Positions 1-9,712 of a stretch of 64,000 nucleotides of DNA are shown here, piece after piece. The position numbers were made by a program, and so were the translations under genes. Positions within the stretch are counted from its first letter, which is position 1. Each line of letters starts with the position of its first letter. Below the pieces are notes generated by a model that was not told where the DNA came from, did not search any database, and saw only the letters and a list, made by a program, of their open reading frames with translations. This DNA comes from Dehalococcoidia bacterium. GTDB lineage: Bacteria; Chloroflexota; Dehalococcoidia; Bin125. The stretch is taken from contig CBDCDO010000002.1 in assembly GCA_965215375.1 (NCBI GenBank), forward strand, positions 975,685 to 1,039,684. Direction: 5' to 3'.

Positions 1-1386
1 CACGATCGCGGCCGCGATCTCCAAGCGTGAGATGTCTTTCAGGTCCTCCCAGCGCGGGTTGAAGGGGCCCAGCGCGGCGCGACCCATCAGTCGGAGCACG
101 TAGATGGCGGTCAGCGCGGCCGAGAGGATGCCCAGCGCGGCGAAGAGCGGGAAGGTGTCGATTGCGCCGACGAAGATGTGGAACTCGGCGACGAATCCAG
201 ACAGTCCGGGTAAGCCAAGCGACGTCAGACCGGCGATGCCGAAGAAGATCACGAACAGCGGCATCTTCTTGACGAGGCCGCCGAAGACGCGGATGTCGCG
301 GGTGTGCGCCTGGTCGTAAAGTCCGCCGACCATCGCGAAGAAGAGGGCGGTCATGACACCGTGCGAGAACATCTGCAGGACGGCGCCGTTGACACCGATG
401 TTGTTCATCGTCCCGAGGCCCATCAGCACGAATCCCATGTGCGAGACGGACGAATAGCCGATCACGAACTTGAGGTCGGTCTGGTGGATGGCGGAGATGG
501 CGCCGTAGACGGCGGCGACTCCACCGAGCACGAGCAGCACGGGCATCCAGAAGTCGGTGCCGGCGGGCAGGATTTCCATACCGAGGCGGATTACCCCGAA
601 GGCGCCGAGCTTCATCAGGACGCCGGCGTGGAGCATCGAGACAGCGGTCGGCGCGGCGACGTGGCCGTCGGGCGACCACGTGTGGAACGGGAACAGACCG
701 GCCAGAATGCCGCAGCCGATCATGAAGAACGGGAAGAAGGTGTTGGCAAAGCTACGGTCGAACTCGATATCCCGGAGGACGGCCATGTCGAAGGTGCCGG
801 CCCCGGCCTCGGCGAAGACGGCGAAGATGCCAATGAAGATCAGCACGGAGCCACCGACCAAGACCATGGTCAGCTTCATCGCGCCGTATTCCTTGTTGGT
901 CGATCCCCAGATCACGATCAACAGGTACATGGGTAGGACTGCGAGCTCGTATGAGAAGAACCAGAAGAACAGGTCCTGGCCGATGTAGACGCCGTAGACA
1001 CCGGTGAACAGGGCGAGGAAGAGGATGAAGAAGTCCTTCACCCGATGCGTGATTTTCCAGGAGACGAGCACACCGGCGAAGCCAACGAGTCCGTTGAGCA
1101 GGACCATTGGCGCGGCGATGCCATCGACGGCGAGGTGGAGCGAGATGCCGTTCTCGCCGAGGAAGGCGATGTTCTCGATCCATGGGTACTGAAGGTTGAA
1201 CTGGTAACCGCCCTCGGCGAAGTCGTAGACGGCGAACACCCAGATCGAGTCGATCAGGGTCGCTGTCGTCGCGATCAGGGCGATCCCACGCACGACGTTG
1301 GCGTGTCGCGAGGGCACGAAGATCGTAAGCAGCATCGCTGCCCCGGGGATCAGCAAGAGCAGGAGGAGAGCTTCGCCTGCGTCCAC
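1..1386 (-). CDS. nuoM: NADH-quinone oxidoreductase subunit M (partial; C-terminus beyond window start)
   Basis: Minus-strand translation from GTG at 1386 gives VDAGEALLLL...LPMYLLIVIWGSTNKEYGAMKL...FHTWSPDGHVAAPTAVSMLHAGVLMKLGAFG, a typical NuoM/ND4 antiporter-like subunit; in-frame stop (1402-1404) just upstream. Not in ORF track because it runs off the window. Confidence 0.85.
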   Translation of the reverse strand, partial: MDAGEALLLLLLIPGAAMLLTIFVPSRHANVVRGIALIATTATLIDSIWVFAVYDFAEGGYQFNLQYPWIENIAFLGENGISLHLAVDGIAAPMVLLNGLVGFAGVLVSWKITHRVKDFFILFLALFTGVYGVYIGQDLFFWFFSYELAVLPMYLLIVIWGSTNKEYGAMKLTMVLVGGSVLIFIGIFAVFAEAGAGTFDMAVLRDIEFDRSFANTFFPFFMIGCGILAGLFPFHTWSPDGHVAAPTAVSMLHAGVLMKLGAFGVIRLGMEILPAGTDFWMPVLLVLGGVAAVYGAISAIHQTDLKFVIGYSSVSHMGFVLMGLGTMNNIGVNGAVLQMFSHGVMTALFFAMVGGLYDQAHTRDIRVFGGLVKKMPLFVIFFGIAGLTSLGLPGLSGFVAEFHIFVGAIDTFPLFAALGILSAALTAIYVLRLMGRAALGPFNPRWEDLKDISRLEIAAAIV

Positions 1387-1425
1387 GCTGTGTGCCTCTC
1401 TCTATCCGTCTCTGTTTCGTCGGGC

Positions 1426-3360
1426 TTATCCGCGCAGGAGGAAGGCGAGGCCACCCGCGAGGGCGACGCCGACAACCATGAGCAGCGCGTAGTCAGGAAT
1501 CCGCCCGGTGACGTGGTAGCGCAGCCAGTAGGCGGCGTAGCGCGTCGCGTCGGCAGGGGCATTGATTCCAGTGTCGTTGACGACCATACGGTCAAACCAG
1601 GAAACGATCCGCGCGAGCGGCAACATTGCTCGGTCGATCGCCCATTGGTAGGCCTCATCGAAGTAGAACTTATTCTCGACGACTGCGGCGAGTCGCGGCT
1701 GGAACTCACGCACGGCTTGGGCGCGATGCGAGTTCCGACCCCAGAAGAACCAGTATGCGGTCAGGAAGCCGAGCAGGGACACGGTGCCGGTGACGGCAGC
1801 GATCGAGTTGGAGAAGTGGAAGTCATGCGGCTCGGGGAAGTACACGTAGTTGTTGATTCCGCCGGGGAAGCCGAGCGCGTCGCCGACCTGATCGAAGGCG
1901 ACGAATCCGACGAGGAAGGTCAGCACGGTGAGGAAGACGAGAGGAATGAGGATGGTGGGGTCGGCCTCGCGGGCGCGCTTGATCACGGCGATGTCTTTGG
2001 GCGGGCCGAAGAAGGTGATGATCACGAGTCGGGCCATGTAGAGCGCTGACAGGAACGCCGCGACACCGAGCAGGATGGCGACCACCGTGTTCGCACCGCC
2101 GAGGGTGGCGACGAAGATTTCGTCCTTGGAGAAGAATCCTGACAGCGGTGGGATTCCGGCCAGGGCGACCGAGGAGATGATGAAGGTCGAGGCGGTCACG
2201 GGCATGCGCCACCAGAGTCCGCCGAGCTTTCGCGCGTCCTGCTCCTCGGTCATGTGAATGACCGAGCCGGAGCCCAGGAAGAGACAGGCCTTGAAGAAGG
2301 CGTGGGTGAGCAGATGGAACATGGCAATGCCGACGGCGCCGACCCCCAGGGCGACGAACATAAATCCGAGTTGCGACACAGTGGAATAAGCGAGTACGCG
2401 CTTGATGTCGTTCTGGGCGAGCGCCATGATTCCGGCAAGCAGCGCCGTCGTGAGGCCAACTCCGAGCACGACGTTGGAGGCGCCGGGCGTGACCTCGAAG
2501 ACGGGGAGCAGTCGGGCGACGAGGTAGACGCCAGCGACGACCATCGTGGCGGCGTGGATCAGCGCGGAGACGGGGGTGGGGCCTTCCATCGCGTCGGGCA
2601 GCCAGACATGGAACGGGACCTGGGCCGACTTGCCGGCCGCGCCGAGGAACAGCATCAGTGTCGAGAGCGTTAGATATCCGTCGCCCATGACTTGCGGTAG
2701 GTCGTTGACGCGTCCGGCCTCAGCGGCGGCGATGATGTCGGAGATTTGGAAGGAGCCGGTCGCGCGCCAGAAGAGGATGATGCCGATGAAGAGTCCGACG
2801 TCCCCGAGCCTGGTCGTGACGAATGCCTTCTTGGCCGCCTCGACGGCGGAGCGGCGCTCGTAGTAGAAGCCGATCAGCAGGAATGAGCAGAGTCCGACGC
2901 CTTCCCAGGCGACAAACATGAGCAGCAGGTTGTCGGCCAGGACGAGGGTGAGCATCATCGCCACGAACAGCGAGAGCACGGCGAAATACCACCAATAGCG
3001 CGGCTCGGGTTTGCCGTGATGTCGGAGGTAGTTGGTCGAGTAGATGTTGACCATGAGGGCGACGGTCGAGACGACGAAGACCATCACCATGGCGATCGAG
3101 TCGACCGTGAATCCGAGTCGGACGACGAACTGGTCGAAATTGATCCAGTCGGTGCCGACGTTACGGATGCCGCCGAGTCCGGCGCCGACCCAGTCGAGGT
3201 GGGACTCGAGCACGAAGAAGAAGAGTACGAACACGGCCAGCGCCGAGCCAACCGAAATGAAGTCGCCACCGCGTGGCAACTTTCGCCCGAACAGGAACAG
3301 GACGACGAAGGAGATGGCCGGGATCGCCGGCAGAATCCATGCGTGGTCAGCCCAGATCAT
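1426..3360 (-). CDS. nuoL: NADH-quinone oxidoreductase subunit L
   Basis: 644 aa ORF; NuoL/ND5 motifs (WEGVGLCSFLLIGFYY, long C-terminal amphipathic helix region). Confidence 0.95.
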   Translation of the reverse strand: MIWADHAWILPAIPAISFVVLFLFGRKLPRGGDFISVGSALAVFVLFFFVLESHLDWVGAGLGGIRNVGTDWINFDQFVVRLGFTVDSIAMVMVFVVSTVALMVNIYSTNYLRHHGKPEPRYWWYFAVLSLFVAMMLTLVLADNLLLMFVAWEGVGLCSFLLIGFYYERRSAVEAAKKAFVTTRLGDVGLFIGIILFWRATGSFQISDIIAAAEAGRVNDLPQVMGDGYLTLSTLMLFLGAAGKSAQVPFHVWLPDAMEGPTPVSALIHAATMVVAGVYLVARLLPVFEVTPGASNVVLGVGLTTALLAGIMALAQNDIKRVLAYSTVSQLGFMFVALGVGAVGIAMFHLLTHAFFKACLFLGSGSVIHMTEEQDARKLGGLWWRMPVTASTFIISSVALAGIPPLSGFFSKDEIFVATLGGANTVVAILLGVAAFLSALYMARLVIITFFGPPKDIAVIKRAREADPTILIPLVFLTVLTFLVGFVAFDQVGDALGFPGGINNYVYFPEPHDFHFSNSIAAVTGTVSLLGFLTAYWFFWGRNSHRAQAVREFQPRLAAVVENKFYFDEAYQWAIDRAMLPLARIVSWFDRMVVNDTGINAPADATRYAAYWLRYHVTGRIPDYALLMVVGVALAGGLAFLLRG

Positions 3361-3376
3361 TAGTCCATGCTCCCGG

Positions 3377-3691
3377 TTACCACTTGAGGAGATTCACTTC
3401 GTCGACGTTGGCGGTGGCGCGGTTGCGGAAGGTTCGCACTACGATACCGAGCGCCAACGCGACCTCGGCGGCCGCGATCACGATGATGAAGAAGGCGAAG
3501 ACGATACCCGTGATGTTGCCGAAGTCGATGTGTCCGTAGACCGCGAACGCGACCATGTTGAGCGAGACGGCGTTCAGCATGAGCTCAACCGAGAGCAGGA
3601 TCAAGACAGCGTTGCGACGGGTGAGGACACCCATTGCGCCGATCGCGAAGAGGATGGCGTTGACAACGAGGATGTGCTCGAGAGCTGGCAT
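3377..3691 (-). CDS. nuoK: NADH-quinone oxidoreductase subunit K
   Basis: 104 aa, three TM helices, NuoK/ND4L-like (LLSVELMLNAVSLNMVAF). Confidence 0.95.
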   Translation of the reverse strand: MPALEHILVVNAILFAIGAMGVLTRRNAVLILLSVELMLNAVSLNMVAFAVYGHIDFGNITGIVFAFFIIVIAAAEVALALGIVVRTFRNRATANVDEVNLLKW

Positions 3692-4209
3692 CAGTTGTCA
3701 TCCTCGTCCGGTGAGGCGAGCATGATCGCGCCGTCGAGCGCGATTGAGAGCAACACGCCGACGATGATGAACGGAACGATCCACAGTGTGAAGATGGCGT
3801 CGCCGATCGCCTGAAGTCCAACCGGCTCAATCGCGGAGGATGTCTCTGGGGTTGTCCAGGTCGTGGCGACGATGCCACCGATCAGGGCGGCCAGCAGTCC
3901 GAGCGAGGCGGCGATGCCGATCGGTCGGGAGCGTCCGAAGAGCGCTTGTGGTCGCTCGCGGGCGCGGGTCAGCATGAGGGCGAAGAGGATCAGGATGACC
4001 ACGGCGGAGCCGTAGACCAGGAGTTGGACGAGGGCGATGAACTCGACGGTGAGGATCAGGTAAATCCCGGCGACACCGGCGAGTGAGGCGATGAAGAACA
4101 GAGCGGCATAGACGATGTTGCCTGCGGTCACCACGCCGATCGCTGAGATCAGCATGACCACGGCCAGGATCCAGAACACCACCTGTGTCGCGGTGACGCC
4201 GTCCTCCAC
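3691..4209 (-). CDS. nuoJ: NADH-quinone oxidoreductase subunit J
   Basis: 172 aa membrane ORF with ATGA overlap to nuoK; NuoJ/ND6-like. Confidence 0.9.
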   Translation of the reverse strand: MEDGVTATQVVFWILAVVMLISAIGVVTAGNIVYAALFFIASLAGVAGIYLILTVEFIALVQLLVYGSAVVILILFALMLTRARERPQALFGRSRPIGIAASLGLLAALIGGIVATTWTTPETSSAIEPVGLQAIGDAIFTLWIVPFIIVGVLLSIALDGAIMLASPDEDDN

Positions 4210-4239
4210 GCGTTCGCTCCTCTTCTTCTCTGTTCTCGG

Positions 4240-5448
4240 TTAGTCGCCGCCGGCCTCGACCGGGGTGACTTCTGGTCCGGTGATCACGCGCGGCGTGGCC
4301 GGCGTGGTTTGGACTGTGCGTGTGCCTTCACCCTGCTTGCGTCGCATCACCGTGTAGACGAGACCGGTGAGCGCAACGAGCAGCGCGAATGAGACGAGTC
4401 CGACGACCCAATCGGCCCCGCCGTAGGCGAGGATGATGCCGTTGGCCAGCACTTGCACGATGGCGAATGGCAGCAACACCTTCCACGAGAAGGCCATCAG
4501 TTGGTCGATGCGGAGGCGAGGGAAGAGCGCTCGAGAACCGATCACGAGCACGATCATGACGGAGGTTTTGACCAAGGTCAGGACGATCTGTAGGCCGAGT
4601 CCGACATCGGCGCCGAAGGGCCAGTTCCAGCCGCCCAGGAAGAGCGACGAGGCGAGCAGCACCATCAGGAAGAGCGCGGTGTACTCGGCCAGGAAGAAGA
4701 TGCCCCAGCGCATGCCGGAGTACTCGACGAAGTACCCACCGACGACCTCGGACTCTGCGATCGGCATGTCGAAGGGCGGTCGGTGCAGCTCGGCCAGGGC
4801 GCCAATCAAGAATATGACGAAGCCAAGCGGTTGGAGCAAGATGTATGGCGTAGTTGTCTGGTCGCCGACGATGGCATTGATCGAGCCAGCGAGCGAGGCG
4901 TCGCCGTCGGCGGCCATGCGACTCGCGGCGACCATGACCACCGCGACGATGATTAGCAGCATGGGGATTTCGTAGGAGATGGCCTGCGCTGCAGCTCGGA
5001 CTCCACCGAGGAGGGCGTATTTGTTGTCGGAGCCCCAGGCTGCCATCACGATGCCGACGATGTTCAGGCCGAGCACGCCGAAGACGTAGAGGAGACCGAG
5101 ATTGAGGTCGCGGATGAACCACGTCTCGGTGAACGGCATCGGGACGAAAATCAGGAAGACGGGCACGAATGCCATGTAGGGCGCGAGCTCGAAGGCCCAG
5201 CGGTCGGCGGTGATCGGTCGGACGTCTTCTTTGGTGACCAACTTGAGCGCGTCGGCGATTGACTGCAGGGTGCCGACGGGGCCGGTGCGGGTCGGTCCGA
5301 CCCGAGCCTGGAGTCGGGCGAGGATCTTGCGCTCGAGGTAGATCAGCGCGAAGGCGTTGATCGTCATCAGTGCGACGACAAAGACGACGCGCAATAGCGC
5401 ATCGATCCAGTCAGGCATGCTGACGCCGGCGAACTCGCTCAAGACCAT
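4240..5448 (-). CDS. nuoH: NADH-quinone oxidoreductase subunit H
   Basis: 402 aa; NuoH/ND1 hallmarks (LERKILARLQARVGP, YEIPMLL, EYSGMRWGIFFLAEY). Confidence 0.95.
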   Translation of the reverse strand: MVLSEFAGVSMPDWIDALLRVVFVVALMTINAFALIYLERKILARLQARVGPTRTGPVGTLQSIADALKLVTKEDVRPITADRWAFELAPYMAFVPVFLIFVPMPFTETWFIRDLNLGLLYVFGVLGLNIVGIVMAAWGSDNKYALLGGVRAAAQAISYEIPMLLIIVAVVMVAASRMAADGDASLAGSINAIVGDQTTTPYILLQPLGFVIFLIGALAELHRPPFDMPIAESEVVGGYFVEYSGMRWGIFFLAEYTALFLMVLLASSLFLGGWNWPFGADVGLGLQIVLTLVKTSVMIVLVIGSRALFPRLRIDQLMAFSWKVLLPFAIVQVLANGIILAYGGADWVVGLVSFALLVALTGLVYTVMRRKQGEGTRTVQTTPATPRVITGPEVTPVEAGGD

Positions 5449-5587
5449 TTAGCGCATCCTCGATGGCTGTTGCGACTGCTCAAGCAGGGTACACGCGATT
5501 GGGCTTAGACCCATTACTTCCCGGCTTCGAGCTCTCCGTGGCAAAGCCTGCCCTTGCGCCGGGAAGACTTTGCATAACCCACCAATT

Positions 5588-5720
5588 CCGTCATTCCTGC
5601 GCGTCGCGCGGGAATCTCGATCCGTGCGGCAAGGCCGATGTGCTGCGGTGGACGCAGCTCCAGTGTCGACGCTGGTGCTGGCCTCAACGAGATACCCGCG
5701 ACGGATCGCGGGTATGACGG
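5588..5720. repeat. Family-A palindromic dispersed repeat (GTCATTCCTGCGCG..CGCGGGAATC / GATACCCGCG..CGCGGGTATGAC hairpin pair)
   Basis: About 133 bp element in the nuoH-nuoD gap; near-identical copies at 34429, 47396, 58597, 62013 and variants at 50878, 55036, 60064. Confidence 0.6.
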
Positions 5721-5813
5721 TGGGCATGTCGGCGGGTACGACGAATTGTTCAACGACCCCCGTACGCGGTGAGGTGAGCTGTCGCGGAGCGACTGCGATT
5801 TCGTGGGTCGACA

Positions 5814-6992
5814 TTAGCGATCCACTTCGCAGAGGACGATATCGATCGAGCCGAGCGCGACGACGGCATCGGCGAGATAAGCGTTGAGCACCTGTGGCCT
5901 CAGCGCGGAGAGGTTATGGAAACATGGTGAGCGCATCTTCACACGCCACGGCTTGTCGGTGCCGTCGGAGACCATGTAGATGCCGTACTCGCCGCGGGGA
6001 TTTTCTTGGCGCATGTAGATTTCGCCGGGCGCGGGTCGCAGCCGAGCGGGCATCCGCTCGGGCTCGATCGGCCCGGAAGTGGGCATCTGGTCGAGCGCTT
6101 GACGCAGGATGGTGACCGACTGACGCATCTCCTCGAGGCGCACGAGATAGCGGTCGTAGACATCGCCACGCTCGCCCACGGGGATCTCCCAATGGAAGCG
6201 GTCGTAGATGGAGTACGGCTCGTCGACGCGGAGGTCGAACGGGACGCCTGCGGCGCGGAGCATCGGTCCGGTGACGCCGTAGGAGATCGCATCGTCGGCG
6301 GTCATCACGCCGACATCGCGGCAGCGCGCGACGAAGACCTCGTTGTTGGTCATCAGCTCGTCGACATCGGCGATACCGATTTCGACCTGATCCAGCACCC
6401 AGTGGGAGTCTTCGATGAAGGTCTCGTGGGGCTGCCAGGCGAGTCCACCGACGCGGAAGTAGTTGTACATAATGCGGTCGCCGCAGACGGCTTCGAAGAG
6501 GTCCTGAATGCGCTCGCGCTCTTTGAAGGTCCAGGTGAAGGCGGTGCCGAAGTAACCGACGTCGGTGCCGAAGGCGCCCATGAACATAAAGTGCGAGAGG
6601 ATCCGGTTGAACTCGGAGAGGATCAGGCGGACGTACTCCGCGCGCTCGGGGATTTCGATGCCGGCGAGTCGCTCGACGGCGTTGACGTAGACCCACTCGG
6701 AGTTGAAGGCGGCGAGGTAGTCGGTGCGGTCTTGGTAGCCGAGGGCACCGCGGTAGTCGAGATTTTCCGACAGTTTCTCGCCGCCGCGGTGCATGTAGCC
6801 GATGTACGGGACGGCGTCCTTGACGATCTCGCCATCGACGGTGAGCACCATGCGGAAGACGCCGTGCGTGGCGGGGTGCTGCGGCCCGATGTTGATGTTC
6901 ATGTCGACGGTCTCGAACTCGCGCTCGACGACGACGGGTTCGGTGAGGACTTCACCTTCGAAGGTTTGCTGGACCATGCGGTCTACTCCCAA
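5814..6992 (-). CDS. nuoD: NADH-quinone oxidoreductase subunit D
   Basis: 392 aa; NuoD/49-kDa motifs (NIGPQHPATHGVFR, C-terminal LCEVDR). Confidence 0.95.
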   Translation of the reverse strand: MGVDRMVQQTFEGEVLTEPVVVEREFETVDMNINIGPQHPATHGVFRMVLTVDGEIVKDAVPYIGYMHRGGEKLSENLDYRGALGYQDRTDYLAAFNSEWVYVNAVERLAGIEIPERAEYVRLILSEFNRILSHFMFMGAFGTDVGYFGTAFTWTFKERERIQDLFEAVCGDRIMYNYFRVGGLAWQPHETFIEDSHWVLDQVEIGIADVDELMTNNEVFVARCRDVGVMTADDAISYGVTGPMLRAAGVPFDLRVDEPYSIYDRFHWEIPVGERGDVYDRYLVRLEEMRQSVTILRQALDQMPTSGPIEPERMPARLRPAPGEIYMRQENPRGEYGIYMVSDGTDKPWRVKMRSPCFHNLSALRPQVLNAYLADAVVALGSIDIVLCEVDR

Positions 6993-7047
6993 ATCCTCAT
7001 CGTATTGCCCGTCATGTGTTGCATGTCAGGGCGCTACCGTCGGCTGG

Positions 7048-8043
7048 TTATTCGCCGCGTAGCTGAGCTCGCCTCGCGGCGGCTAGCTCGCGACCGAGTC
7101 GGACGCGCTCCGCCTGAGCGGCGGCGCGACCCTCGGGGTCTTCTTCGGCATCGGGGATGGTTGGCAATTCTGGTGGTGGCGGCGCTGGCGGTCGGTCGTC
7201 CTGCGCTGGCGCGCTGCTCGGCGCTGGTGCCGCGGCAGCCGCTGGAGCGGCGGCCGGCCGTGGCGGAGGGGCAGCGCCTTCCGCTCGAGGACCACCTGCG
7301 GGCGGAGCGCCGGCGAGACGTTCGGCTCGGCGCACTTTCGCGAGCTCTCGGGCTCGTTCGACACGTTCGGCCTGTTCGGCTCGACGCGCTTCGCGTTCCT
7401 CTTCGGTCATATCTTCGAGGCGCTTGCGCTCGGGAGCGGCGGCCGCTGTCGATTCCGTCGCTGCCTCTTCTTCCTCAGCAGGCTCGGGCGGCGGGTACTG
7501 CTTAGTGAAGTACTCGACATCGACGCCTTGCTCGACCTCGATCGGGGCGAGCGGATAGCTCTTACGCAACGGATGGATATCAAGGTCTTCATCGAGCAGG
7601 AGGTTGCGCGGGTCGGGATGGCCGATGAACTCGATCCCGAACATCTCGCGGCATTCGCGCTCGGCCCAGTTGGCCATTTCGTAGATGTCGGTGACGGATT
7701 CGACCACGGCGCCTTCGGAGGGTACCCAGGCCTTGATCGTGACGGCCTGGCGCAGGGGAATCGAGTAGAGGTGATAGACCAGCTCGAGTCCGCGATCTTC
7801 CCAATCGACAGCGGTCTGATTGCGGAGCAGGTTCATCCGCAGACGGTCGTCGTGGTGTCCGCGTTCGAGGACTTCGTGGAGCGAGTCCACGGGAATGGTC
7901 AGGGCGACGTCGTCACCCTTGGTCAGCGCTGCATCGAAATTGATGAGCGGCATGACTTCGCGGTAGGTGTCGGCGATCGAGCCGGGCGGCGGCTCGTTGC
8001 TCGACACTTCCTCGGTCGCGGCTGGCGTTCGACGTGATGTCAT
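7048..8043 (-). CDS. nuoC: NADH-quinone oxidoreductase subunit C with about 130-aa Glu/Arg/Ala/Pro-rich C-terminal extension
   Basis: N-terminal 200 aa NuoC/30-kDa-like (EMFGIEFIGHPDPRNLLL); C-terminal half low complexity (EEREARRAEQAERVERARELA..AAPAAAAAPAPSSAP..PPAPPPPELP). Confidence 0.9.
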   Translation of the reverse strand: MTSRRTPAATEEVSSNEPPPGSIADTYREVMPLINFDAALTKGDDVALTIPVDSLHEVLERGHHDDRLRMNLLRNQTAVDWEDRGLELVYHLYSIPLRQAVTIKAWVPSEGAVVESVTDIYEMANWAERECREMFGIEFIGHPDPRNLLLDEDLDIHPLRKSYPLAPIEVEQGVDVEYFTKQYPPPEPAEEEEAATESTAAAAPERKRLEDMTEEEREARRAEQAERVERARELAKVRRAERLAGAPPAGGPRAEGAAPPPRPAAAPAAAAAPAPSSAPAQDDRPPAPPPPELPTIPDAEEDPEGRAAAQAERVRLGRELAAARRAQLRGE

Positions 8044-8047
8044 GGCG

Positions 8048-8620
8048 CTAGTAACCCCGGGCGCGTTCCTCGACGATCTTTTCCTGGAGGGCCAGGAGGC
8101 CGTCGATCAGAGCTTCAGGACGAGGTGGACAGCCGGGCACGTAGACGTCGACGGGAACGATATTGTCGACGCCCTGCACGACTCGGTCGTACTGGGTGTA
8201 GGGTCCGCCGTTGGTGGCGCAGGCGCCCATCGAGATGACCCACTTGGGGTGCGGCATCTGCTCGTACAGCAGTTTCACGGCGGGGGCCATCTTCTTGGTC
8301 ACGGTGCCGGCGACGATCATCACATCCGACTGTCGGGGCGACGGCCAAGGCACGATGCCGAAGCGGTCGAGGTCGTGATTGGCCATGTAGGTCGCGATCA
8401 TTTCGATCGCACAGCAGGCGAGTCCGAAGGTCATCGGCCAGAGCGAGGATTTGCGCGCGGCGGAGATGAGCGCCTCGGCCGGCGCCTGCATGACACCGGG
8501 GAGGACGACCTTGTAGGGGACCGTTGGTGGAGCGTCGTCGACGGCTTGCAGTCGAAGCAACTCGGGCGACATGATGACGGGCGTGGGGTCGCCCATGTGT
8601 GGTGGCTGCGAGGTCGTCAT
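8048..8620 (-). CDS. nuoB: NADH-quinone oxidoreductase subunit B (start uncertain; ORF extends to 8698 overlapping nuoA)
   Basis: NuoB/PSST motifs ([30 protein letters not shown]) including N2 cluster cysteines. Confidence 0.85.
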   Translation of the reverse strand: MTTSQPPHMGDPTPVIMSPELLRLQAVDDAPPTVPYKVVLPGVMQAPAEALISAARKSSLWPMTFGLACCAIEMIATYMANHDLDRFGIVPWPSPRQSDVMIVAGTVTKKMAPAVKLLYEQMPHPKWVISMGACATNGGPYTQYDRVVQGVDNIVPVDVYVPGCPPRPEALIDGLLALQEKIVEERARGY

Positions 8621-8657
8621 ACGCCTAGTCTCACTTGCTTGTTCGCTTCGTGCGCGG

Positions 8658-9044
8658 TCAGTTCCGTTGCCAGTCGAAGACGCCTTTGCGCCAGGCATAG
8701 GCGAGCGCGATCAGCAGTGTGCCGATGAAGAGGACCATCTGCCAGAGAATGACTTTGCCGAAGTCGGCGTCGATCAGGTCGAGGAACGAGACGGCCCAGG
8801 GGAAGAGGAAGACGACTTCGACGTCGAAGACGAGGAAGAGCAGGGCGTAGGTGTAGTAGCGGACGTGGACCTGGGCCCAGTTGCGACCGATGGGGAGCAT
8901 GCCGCACTCGTAGACCTGTCCTTTGAGTGCGGTGCGCCGCTGGGGCGCGAGAAGTTTGGTCGCGAGCAGCGCCGTCAGGACGAGCATGATCCCAACCGGG
9001 ATCGCGATCAAAACGGCGCCATAGTTCTCGAACAGCTCAGACAC
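8658..9044 (-). CDS. nuoA: NADH-quinone oxidoreductase subunit A
   Basis: 128 aa, 3 TM; NuoA/ND3-like ([33 protein letters not shown]). Confidence 0.9.
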   Translation of the reverse strand: MSELFENYGAVLIAIPVGIMLVLTALLATKLLAPQRRTALKGQVYECGMLPIGRNWAQVHVRYYTYALLFLVFDVEVVFLFPWAVSFLDLIDADFGKVILWQMVLFIGTLLIALAYAWRKGVFDWQRN

Positions 9045-9125
9045 GTTTACCTGCCATCATCTGCTCTGAATCGGTGCACCTACTCAGAGGTGCGAACAGA
9101 TCGTACCTGCGCGCAGTGATCAGGG

Positions 9126-9494
9126 TCAAACTTTGGCCGTCTCAGGGGTGTTTGGGGCTGCATCGGCGGCCGTCGGCGCAGGTGCGAGCTCCACATCGAT
9201 GTCCACATGCACATCCACCATGTCGAAGATCGTCTCGGTGTTGGGTGGTGGCTCATCGCCGGCATTGACGAAGTCCACGTGGAAGGCCATGGCATCGCAG
9301 AGCGTCATCTTGGGAGGCTCGACCGTTTCGCCATGGAGCTGCATACCCTCGACGTGAAACTCGATCGCCTCGCGGATCATCGATCTGGCTTCGTCGAGCG
9401 TGTCCCCGACGCTGACACACCCAAGCAACTCGGGGACATATGCCCCATAGTTGGTGTCAGCCCAGCCAAAGACCACTGCGTATTGGAGCTTCAT
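9126..9494 (-). CDS. hicB: HicB-family antitoxin (no recognizable C-terminal DNA-binding domain)
   Basis: 122 aa; N-terminal HicB/UPF0150 fold signature (MKLQYAVVF..YGAYVPELLGCVSVGDTLDEA..IREAIEFHVEGM); ATGA overlap with hicA. Confidence 0.7.
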   Translation of the reverse strand: MKLQYAVVFGWADTNYGAYVPELLGCVSVGDTLDEARSMIREAIEFHVEGMQLHGETVEPPKMTLCDAMAFHVDFVNAGDEPPPNTETIFDMVDVHVDIDVELAPAPTAADAAPNTPETAKV

Positions 9495-9691
9495 CTTCGA
9501 CTCTCCTTCAGCCCCGCTTGCCTGAGGATACTTTGCCAGAGATCTTCTCGTAGTTGCTCCGAGGGTCGGCCAGGAATCGTCACCGTTCCAGGCTTCACCG
9601 GATGATGAAACTGCCGATGGCTACCTCGAGTCCGCACATGCACCCACCCGTCGCGCTCGATCATTCGGATTGCCTCTCTCACCTTCGGCAT
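9491..9691 (-). CDS. hicA: HicA-family mRNA interferase toxin
   Basis: 66 aa; HicA motif (RDGWVHVRTRGSHRQFHHPVKPGTVTIP). Confidence 0.8.
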   Translation of the reverse strand: MPKVREAIRMIERDGWVHVRTRGSHRQFHHPVKPGTVTIPGRPSEQLREDLWQSILRQAGLKESRR

Positions 9692-9712
9692 TCTGAGCCC
9701 CCCATCACTCCC

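Noticed and set aside
304-2049. Long plus-strand ORFs (304..936, 557..988, 1045..2049) overlapping nuoM/nuoL
   Set aside because: Antisense to clearly homologous nuo genes; Asp/Gly/Arg/His-rich translations typical of high-GC antisense frames.
5449-5814. 121-aa minus-strand ORF in the nuoH-nuoD gap considered as a possible nuoI
   Set aside because: No CxxCxxCxxxCP ferredoxin motifs, too short, and its sequence is largely the family-A repeat read in-frame.
6006-7505. 499-aa plus-strand ORF and other long ORFs (5914..6696 minus, 7157..7558 plus)
   Set aside because: Overlap nuoD/nuoC in wrong frame or strand; Arg/Ala-rich artefacts of GC-rich sequence.
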